From Chiloscyllium plagiosum (Eukaryota): a DNA stretch of 33,289 nt. Under the pieces are notes generated by a model that searched no databases, was not told the origin of the DNA, and worked only from the letters and a program-made list of their open reading frames with translations. Both the position numbers and the translations under genes were made by a program. The stretch is from positions 14,117,078 to 14,150,366 of the forward strand of contig NC_057749.1 of assembly GCF_004010195.1 (NCBI RefSeq), written 5' to 3'. Position 1 is the first letter of the stretch; each line of letters opens with the position of its first letter. Below, in pieces: positions 22,660-33,289 of this stretch.

Positions 22660-23005
22660 GTGGCACAGTGGCAAGCTCTGCGCTCTCAGCACCAGGGAGC
22701 AGGGTTTGATTCCAGCATCAGGTAACTGTGCAAACTCCACACAGACATTCTCCCTGTGCCTGCATGGGTTTCCATCAGGTGCTTCAGTTTCTTCTAGACA
22801 AAGGATGTGCAGGCTTGGTGAACTGGCCATCCTAAACTGCCCTGTAGCATGTAGATTAGGTTGATTAACCAGGATAAATGCAAGGTTATGAGGATTGGTA
22901 GTGGTGGTGGTGGTGTGGGGGGGGGGGGGGGGGGCAGGGTGATGCTCTTCAAGGAATTGGTACAGACTTGATGGGTTGAATGGTCTCTTTCTGCCCTCTG
23001 AAACA
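22660..23005 (+). mobile_element. tRNA-derived SINE (HE1-like) with internal micro-inversion and expanded G tract
   Basis: tggcacagtgg A box, gggtttgattcc B box, aaaggatgtgcagg core and gggttgaatggtct tail. Confidence 0.8.
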
Positions 23006-23104
23006 GTGACCATAACATTATAGAATGTCCAATTCTATGCTATTGAGTGCTAGAAATGGGTTAGAAATAATGGCCTTAAACTGAAAAGGTAATTACAAAA
23101 AGGA

Positions 23105-23262
23105 ATGAAAAACCAAGAACTGTAGATGCTGGAAACCAGAAACAGAAATTGCTGGAAAAACTCCACAGATCTGGCAGTCAACTGACATTCTGAAGGGTCA
23201 TCGCACCCAAAACATTAACTATGGCTCTCCACATGCTGCCAGACTTGCTGAGTTTTTCCAGA
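23105..23262. mobile_element. Fold-back PLE-type element of another family, cut by the adjacent SINE
   Basis: ctggaaaaactccacagatctggcag is inverted relative to ctgccagacttgctgagtttttccag. Decayed hammerhead ctgaagggtcat...cccaaaacatt at about 23189. The tail appears to resume at 23572 (tttatgtttttgtt). Confidence 0.65.
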
Positions 23263-23571
23263 ATCCTAGAATCCCTACAATATGAAACAGGCCCTTCGGC
23301 CCAACAAGTCTACACTGACCCTCTGAAGAGTAACCCACAACCCCCAAACCCATTCCCCTACCCTATTTTTACCCATGATTAATGCACCTAACCTACACAT
23401 CCTTGAAACCTATGGGCAGTTTAGCATGGCCAATCCACCTAAACTGCACATCTTTGGATTGTGGGAGGAAACCCATGCAGACACAGGGAGAATGTGCAAA
23501 CTCCACAGACAGTTGCCCAAGGTTGGAATTGAACCCAGGTCCTTGGCACTGCGAGGCAGCAGTGCTAACCA
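23262..23571 (-). mobile_element. tRNA-derived SINE (HE1-like)
   Basis: Minus strand: tggttagcactgctgcctc head, B box GGTTCAATTCC (23535-23525), core and ggccgaagggcctgtttc tail. Confidence 0.9.
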
Positions 23572-24039
23572 TTTATGTTTTTGTTACAAAGGAATGACTG
23601 CAGTTAGCTGGTGCAGACTAGGACAGGAGTTTAGCAGCAAAGACACCTGAAAAACAACATACTTTTAAATAGTTCATGGCTCAAAGATATACCACAATAA
23701 GGAAGAATGATTCTTGCACAGGGATAACCTAACAATGGTTAGCCAAGTTAGTTAAGGAAAATAGCAAATTGAAAAAAGGGGCATGGATTACTGGTAACCT
23801 AGAGTTTTTCCAGAAAAAGAAACAACTTTCAAGGGTAAAAATGCAATTTAACTTCATGGCTAAATTTGTAGTCTAGTAACTAAAAGCTGATCTGTTTGAC
23901 TGGGTGTAGTTATAGTCACATTTCTGAAACAGAAGCCAGCTGAGACACACTGGTGAAGCTGGTTAACTGAACAACTGGTTGTTTCCAGCTTGAATTGAAT
24001 AGCATTTCAAGCCCCATTCTAAATAAATCCAGGGGCAAA

Positions 24040-24600
24040 AAGGAAATAAATACATTATCTCAAGAAAAAAAGGTGCTAGGGAAATAATGGGATTAAGTGC
24101 TGACAAGTCTCTTGAACCTGACTGAATGCTGATGTTCAACCTGATCTGCTAATGTAGCAACTAGAGAAATAGTGGATGTATTGGCAATCTTCCAAGAATC
24201 CTTAAACTCTGGAAAAGTCCAAGAGGATTGTCAAAATTCATATGTAACACCCATATTCAGAAAAATAGGCAAAGTTAAGCCATTAGCTTAATCCTTGTCA
24301 AAATATTAGAGTTGATTTTAAAGGGATATAATAGCAGAAAATTTAAAACTAGATCAACTAATCAAACAGATTAGCGCGACTTTGTGAAGGGAAAACTCTA
24401 CCAAAGTTAATAGAAAGAAGATAACATGCAGTATAAAGGTGAACCAGTATTATTTTGTTTTCTGAAAGATGTTTGATAAGGTCTCATCTTTGGTTACTTA
24501 GGAAGTTAAGAGCCTATGACGTTGGAGGTAGTCTTTTACTAAGAGGATTGGCAAATTAATAGAGGCAGATAGTTGGGATAAAGGGCCCATTTTCAGGTTA
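24040..24600 (+). mobile_element. Heavily degraded CR1 reverse-transcriptase fragment
   Basis: Decayed motifs: gacaagtctcttgaacctgac (KSPGPD-like), gtaacacccatattcagaaaa and tttgataaggtc (FDKV). Confidence 0.55.
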
Positions 24601-24719
24601 AACTGCTGACACTACATGCTGATTGGTTGGCATGTTACATATATTCATGGAAGCACTTTCTGTCTAATATACCTTACTAATCAAACTTCAAAGAGTTCAT
24701 TTTCTCCTCAAATGAACCC

Positions 24720-24960
24720 AGCAGAAGTGACTGAAATATTTGCAACTGTCTGTCTACAGACTGAGTACCAAGAGGATGATCCATCTCATCTTCCCAAGGT
24801 CATTCCCATGCCAAAATTCAACCAATTCAATTCACTCCACTGCTATCAAAAACAGCTGCACATACACGACACAAAGGTAATGGGCCCTGACAACATTTCA
24901 TCTCACCTAAAAGATTTGCACTCTCAAATAGTTGTGCCTTTGGCAAACTCTTCCCAGAGT
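24720..24960 (+). mobile_element. Degraded LINE RT fragment (L2/CR1-group)
   Basis: ORF remnant TKVMGPDNIS...VVPLA resembles the K-x-x-GPD-x-I motif of non-LTR RT domain 0. Confidence 0.55.
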
Positions 24961-25039
24961 TACATTAGGATCAACCCAATTAATAGCCCATTTCCAATCC
25001 ATTCTATTGGATGAGTAAGCTTTTACCATAGGACACAGA

Positions 25040-25340
25040 AGACACTGGATAGTCTTGGGCCAGTTTTTCCCAGGTAGCTACCCAAATGCTGCACTTTGCC
25101 AAAGTGGAGGAGCAGCATCCAGGAAGGTGTGGAGCAACTAGAGATTTGCCATCAGGGGACAAAAAAAAGCAAGCCAGGCAAAAACAGCAAAAAGGAGCAC
25201 CCTGCCACACCAATGCCCCACTCCATTCCCATGACCACCACCTGCCCCAAGTATAACACTGCCTGCAGCAGCATTGGTCTGTACATCCACCTACAGACTC
25301 AGTGTGGATAACAATCATCCTCGCTAAAAATAGAAGACTG
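25040..25340 (+). mobile_element. RTE-like LINE 3' end
   Basis: ORF remnant KWRSSIQEG...TCPKYNTACSSIGLYIHLQTQ resembles the RTE C-terminal WR motif and C2H2-like IGLxSH motif. Confidence 0.65.
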
Positions 25341-25409
25341 AGCAAAACAAGCAACAAGCCAACTCTACCTAATCATATCCAATGCATTAGGCATTGAGCT
25401 GGTTTTAAA

Positions 25410-25530
25410 AGGGTGTAAACCTGAAAATATTCAAAAATTCTTTTTCTTCTTCTTCACAGATGCTACCTGGTCTGCAAAGTATTACTAGCATATTCACTTT
25501 TATTTCAGTTTCCAGCATCTGCATTTTGTT
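25410..25530 (+). mobile_element. Degraded PLE terminal-repeat remnant
   Basis: cacagatgctacctggtctgc...ttccagcatctgca matches the PLE tail pattern. Confidence 0.45.
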
Positions 25531-26454
25531 GAATACGTTGTGGCTAAACAGTATTACTTTTTACATTGAAACAAGATTAGAATTTCCATGAGAAAACATC
25601 AGCAGCAATGTGGCCATTACAGAGGGCTTTCAGAAGGTTGAAATTATTACATAATGTATTTAGCTCAAGATTAAATGCATACTCCAAATTCCTTTACAGC
25701 AAGTCAGCAACATATCACATCAGGATAGTACAACCCCTAAAATTATCAAGGCACTTGCTCCTTTCCAAGATCCAGTAGGACCAAGATAGTCCCTTGCACA
25801 ATGCCATTGCAGTAAGTAACAAATCAACTGACATCTAAGGACATATATTACTGAGAGAATAACCAAAACATGCAAGCACTAATTTCTTGAAAGGAACAGC
25901 ATGTCACTTGAATACATAATGGCTTATTTGCTGTCTACAAAATAATGGATGAGGAGAATTATGAGGAGAATTCTATACAGGTTTCAACTGCAAAAGGATA
26001 GGCTAGTCAGCAGATGCCTTTAGCAACCAGTGTGTTTCCTTTGAGATTATCATTGATTGAAAGGTTGAGAGATACCAAGTGTAGGAAGTTGGCAACTCGA
26101 GCAGTCCACTCAGAAATACAAAGTAACTTGCAACTCCAGCCATTCCCAAAACTGCAGTATAGACCAACTACCGGGCAATCAATTTATGGTCAAAGAACAC
26201 AATTTCATGGAATTACAAATGCTACAGAGTCTATGCTGACAACTGGAGATCGTCCCAAGGGGCATGCACAAGATGCTTTAAGCGCTTGCGACTTAATTCA
26301 TAGCGAGGCTTTTAAAAAAAAATTTAGTACATGGTTTTATTAGCTTTCTTATGCTTTATAGTGTCCACGGTTGTAAATCAATTGATTTAATGCTAGATTG
26401 GTACTCCTGAAGACAGACAAGTGGTCTTCTTGTCTTGCTTACAAATCTATCAAA

Positions 26455-26840
26455 TTCCTATCAACATCTTGGGACTCATCATTGGCCAAGAGCTGAAATG
26501 AATCAATATAAATAGGGCAAGAGCAAAAACATATCACACCAGATAACCTGCCGTGGGCGACTCACCTCCCAACTGCCCAAAGTCACTCCATCTCCAAGGC
26601 ACAAGTTCAGAGTGTGAAGGCATCTCTACGTGTCTAATTGGTATATCTCAATCCTCCCACCCAATTAAAAATGACCTTGATTTGAAATATTAACATTTCT
26701 TCAATATCACTGGGTCAAAATCCTGAAACTGCTAAAGCATTGTGAAAGCTCTTCCAAAACAGGGATTGCCTTGAGTCAAGCAGTTGACTTTTCATCACCT
26801 TTGAGGAAGATAGCCTTACCAGCAGCTTACATTCCACAAA
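26455..26840 (+). mobile_element. Degraded LINE 3' region (L2/CR1-group)
   Basis: caaggcacaagttcagagtgtg...tcactgggtcaaaatcctg; related to 20650-21010. Confidence 0.5.
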
Positions 26841-26979
26841 TTAATTAAAATACACTTCTACACACAAGTCCAAAAAAAATGTAAAGCTTATGATCCCTGA
26901 TATTGATCAAGGACCACATCATTATAGTAAAAACCTCTTCAGAATAATGCCTAAAGTACTTCTGGTATTCTTTGAAGAA

Positions 26980-27432
26980 ATGCCATGTTTGGAGGATTTG
27001 AGCTATACGGTGAGGTTGAATAGGCTAGGGCTGTTTTCCCTGGAGCATCAGAGGCTGAGGGGTGACCTTTTAGAGGTTTACAAAATTATGAGGGGCATGC
27101 ATAGGATAAATAGACAAAGTCTCTTCCCTGGGCTGAGAGATTCCAGAACTGGAGGGTATAGCTCTAGGGCGAGGGGGGAAAGATATGAGAGAGACCCAAG
27201 GGGCAACTTTTTCATGCAGAGGATGGTATGCGTATGGAATGAGCCTCCAGAGGAAATGCAGAGACTAGTAAGATTGCAACAGTGAAAAGGCATTTGGATG
27301 GGTATGAGAATAGGAGAGGTTGGGAGATATGGGCTGGGTGCTGGCAGGTGGGACTAGATTGGGTTGGGATATCTAGTCGACATGGATGAGTTGGACCAAA
27401 GGGTCTGTTTTTGTGCAGTACTTCTCTGACTA
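26980..27432 (+). mobile_element. CR1 LINE 3' end (same subfamily as 12344 and 19272 copies)
   Basis: RLNRLGLFSLEHQRLRGDLLEVYKIM and the shared 3' UTR gctggcaggtgggactagattggg. Confidence 0.92.
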
Positions 27433-28009
27433 AGTTTCAAAGAAATGCACCCATGTTACTTATGATGGGTTACTGGTACCAAGAATTGAGATATTGGGAC
27501 ACTACCCTCAAACACATGAGTTTAACAATCTTAACTTCTGACTGGAAGCAATGACAGACATTAACATAGAAAATTCATCATTTTAAAAGACAACTTGTAA
27601 CAGTGCATTTATTGCAATCTTCACTATACATCCAAGCAAAATGTTGAGGTCCTGGAGACTGCTCAGAAGTGACCATGAGCTCTATCCATGCTCAATTCTG
27701 ATGCTTGGATATGTACATTTTTGAGCTTTGACAAGCAGCCAATAGAATAGGTAGTGGGTTAGGAGAGGGATGAAGAGATGAAAGGAGAATCCTACAGATA
27801 TGGTGCACAGTATCATAGAAATGCCCAAGGCGCTGCATTAAGCCTGAATAAACCATCCTGGAATCAAGGATAGGCTAATTTCTGGGTGGTCTGCAATACT
27901 TCAGCATTTCCTTTGTGATTTAAACAGATTCAAAATTGCTGAAGGGCAAATTTAGAAAAATGTGGAAGGTTTTCTGTATAGAAAAAGTTTAATATAGGAA
28001 GAATAATGA

Positions 28010-28379
28010 GGCCATTTAATTACATAAAAGTTTATAATATCACGAGGGGTATAGATAGGGTTAATGGTAGGTGTCTTTTCCCTACGACAGTGGATTTCAA
28101 GAGCAGGAAGCATATTTTTAAGATGAGAGATTTTTTATTTAAAAAAAAAGACAGGAGGGGCAATTTTTGTTTTTTTTTGTAAAAAGGTGGGTCGCATGTA
28201 GAATGAGGAAGTAGTGGAACAAGTAGAGTTACAATGTTTAGAAGACACGTGGATAAGTACTTGAAAAGGAAAGATTTGGAGAGATATTGGCCAGGAGCAG
28301 GCAGGTGGGACTAACTTGGGATTATGCTTGGCATCGACAATTTGGACCAAAGGGTCTGTTCCGGTGCTGTGTGACTATA
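28010..28379 (+). mobile_element. CR1 LINE 3' end, diverged
   Basis: gtttataatatcacgaggggtatagatagg...gcaggcaggtgggacta...ggaccaaagggtctgtt...gactatag. Confidence 0.75.
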
Positions 28380-28429
28380 GGTGCGAGATCAAATAGAATG
28401 AAGAGGTATGGGAGAGAAGGGAATTTCAC

Positions 28430-28895
28430 TTTTTTATATCGATGTACCATTGAAAGCATCCTATCCAGATGCATCACAGAATGGCAACTGCACTACCCAA
28501 GACCATAAGAAATTACAAGGAGTTTTGAACACAACCCAGTCCATCACAAAAACCAGCCTTCCTTCCATTGACACCACCTACACTTTCCACTGCATTTGGA
28601 AATAGCCAACATAATCAATGACCACTTCAACCCATTATACTCTTTTACTCACTTCCATTAGGAACAAGATACAAACATTTGATAACACATACCAACAAAT
28701 TTAAGAACAGCTTCTTCCCTGCTGTTATCAGACTTATGAAAGGACCTCCTGTATTAGGAATTGATCTTTCTCTGCACCTTCTCTGTAGCTATAACACTAC
28801 ATTCTGCATTAAGTACATTATGGTATTTGTCCAATTAGCATGCAAAGCAGGACTTTTCACTATCTCAACACATGTAACAATAACAAATCAAAAAC
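28430..28895 (+). mobile_element. Rex1/Babar-like LINE 3' end
   Basis: ORF remnants YRCTIESILSRCIT, GNCTTQDHKKLQGV and TNKFKNSFFPAVIRL are typical of the Rex1-type ORF C-terminus. Confidence 0.75.
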
Positions 28896-29369
28896 TTTTT
28901 AAATAGGAATAGAGAGCAAACACTTCTCCATAAACTCAAAATGCAGTTCTATATGTGACCAGTGCACAGAAAAAAAGGAATACCCTGCAACAGGCAGCCT
29001 CAAATACAAAATTGCCTTACATCAGCAACCTGATATAGTACATTCATAACGAATGAAGTAAAAGATAAAAGCAGGATATGATTAACATTAACACACACAG
29101 ATTATGACCTATGAAACATGACTATAACCCTGTACGAGATCAACCACTTACCAGATGGTTTTATCATAAACTACACCTGTGTCTCTTATAAGAGTAGGCA
29201 AGTCAACAATTACAGGGCAGTTGAAAGGGAGCATACATGGTATCTTTGAAGTTTCAATTCTCACCAGCGTGAAAGATTTACATAGCATGTGCACGGTGTT
29301 AAAATCTTGTTTAAAAAACTAACGTACTCCATTTCTACATGATACACCAAAGTAATTATTTTAAAATAA

Positions 29370-29468
29370 CCTGTTTAGACATCTTGACATACCTCCAGAG
29401 CAGGTAGGACTTGCACATAAACTTCTTGCCCAGAGGTAGGGACATTGACACTGCACCAAAAGACCCTT
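29370..29468 (-). mobile_element. Short tRNA-SINE head remnant
   Basis: The minus strand reads ggtgcagtgtcaatgtccctacctctgggcaagaag...aagtcctacctgctc. Confidence 0.45.
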
Positions 29469-29584
29469 CTACTCATCTAATAATGCTATTTTGAATAAAA
29501 GCAGAGGAGCGAGTGCTTCTACAGAGCCGGCAAAGGCTTGATTGGCCACACGGCTCCACTGTGTTATGAGACTCAATGACTCTA

Positions 29585-31886
<2,302 letters not shown>

Positions 31887-32789
31887 CTATAAAACAGCAA
31901 CACACATTTTGTTAGAACTTGTCACAATATACATTACAAATGGTAGTTCTTAAAATTGATGCCCGCAAATCCCTGAAGAGGCCAAAAATCAGATTTTGTA
32001 ACTTTGACAACTTGCTGTCATAATTTCTGTAACTGCATATAAAAATATTTGCAACAATTCTTTTAGAAGGGAAACCCACCCTGTCAGACCTTACAATAGC
32101 AGAAATCCAAAAGTAGTTATTAACGTTTGCCCTTCCACCACCCAATCTCATGCAGAGTTTCCATTAGGGACAATATATAAAACAAGAATACTGCTGTTTC
32201 AGCCTCTTTCAGCCAGGGGTTTAGGAAGTAAATTGCAACATCTCAACTGCTGCCACAGCCTCTTGTCACTTACCTTTGCAGAAACCATGGATCAAAAGGA
32301 AGGCTTTTCACAATTCTTCAATCCTCCATATATTTTAAGAAACTACCACAAAACATTTCGTAATGATATATAAATTGGGTTAACTGACTGTTCCATTAAT
32401 TTAGTTTTCTTCATTTAAAAGAAAAACAGTAGGATTATATTGCAAGTGGTACAGTAACATTAGAGGGGTTTGAATCACAAGCTACAAGAGCAGCCAGTAG
32501 TCATCTGAAACCTGAGGAGCAAGTTACCATATATTTACAGAAAAAAATCTATCGTACTCTGCTTCGGATGTTTAGGAATCAGGTCATATTGTTCACTATA
32601 CATTATAAATTACAATTATCAATCTTGCCTGTTCAAGACAAGTGATTACAACATATATAATTACACATGTAGGAGGATACAACTTCCACTGTGCCAAATT
32701 AGTAACTGTATTGCAATTAAACTAGCTTCAAAGGCAGTGGCCTGGAGGCAGTTGGGAACATTGGGTAAGGCTTCCTATTGCTGACTGTT

Positions 32790-33289
32790 ATCCAATGTGT
32801 GCAGGAGGGTTTCCTGACACAATATGTAGATAGGCCAACAAGAGGGGAGGTCATACTGGATTTGGTTCTGGGTAACGAACGAGGGCAGGTGTTAGAATTA
32901 GAGGTAGGTGAGCACTTTGGGGACAGTGACCACAATTCGGTGACTTTTACTCTAGAGATGGAGAGGGATAAGTGTGCACTACAGGGCAAGAGTTATATCT
33001 GGGGGCAGGGAAATTATGATGCGGTGAGGCATGACTTAGGATGTGTGGCTTGGAAAAGTAAGCTTCAAGGCAAGGGCGTAATTGATATGTGGAGCTTGTT
33101 CAAGGAGCAACTATTGAGTGTCCTTGATAAGTATGTACCCGTCAGGCAGGGAGGAAAGGGTCGTGCGAGGGAGCCGTGGTTTAATAAGGAATTGGAATCC
33201 CTTGTTAAAGGGAAGAGGGCGGCCGATGTAAAGATGAGGCGTGAAGGTTCAATTGGGGCGATTGAGAGTTATAAGGTAGACAGGAAGGA
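32790..33289 (+). mobile_element. CR1 LINE ORF2 fragment (end of endonuclease plus linker), running off the window
   Basis: Stop-free frame IQCVQEGFLTQYVDRPTRGEVILDLVLGN...GDSDHNSV...EPWFNKE, containing the PTR, LDL and SDH motifs of the APE endonuclease. Confidence 0.92.

Noticed and set aside
31887..33289. Next upstream TSPAN3 coding exon
   Set aside because: No minus-strand frame resembling the first half of the extracellular loop was found; it presumably lies beyond the window.

Overview
Eukaryotic, repeat-rich vertebrate DNA. The CR1/HE1-type LINE-SINE and Penelope families suggest a shark or other elasmobranch (inference). One assembly gap lies at 5661-6342. The only host gene found is TSPAN3 (tetraspanin-3) on the minus strand, which the ORF track misses. 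Its last three coding exons are 31886-31734, 29692-29609 and 2784-2692, all phase 0 with GT-AG boundaries. They are followed by a 3' UTR with AATAAA at 2149-2144; the last intron is 26.8 kb. The rest is layered retroelements: CR1, L2-like, Rex1/Babar-like, RTE-like, tRNA-derived SINEs and several Penelope-like element (PLE) families. The most unusual signal is a set of small non-coding fold-back PLE insertions flanked by long direct repeats (343, 184 and 44 bp), the larger two carrying minimal hammerhead-ribozyme motifs. The best is a near-perfect 151-bp-arm palindrome just downstream of the TSPAN3 poly(A) site, with divergent TATA boxes each pointing at a hammerhead core. Every recognisable hammerhead core inside the TSPAN3 intron is antisense to the pre-mRNA. 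Exon and motif coordinates were counted base by base; boundaries of old repeats are approximate, and family names come from recognition, not a database search.
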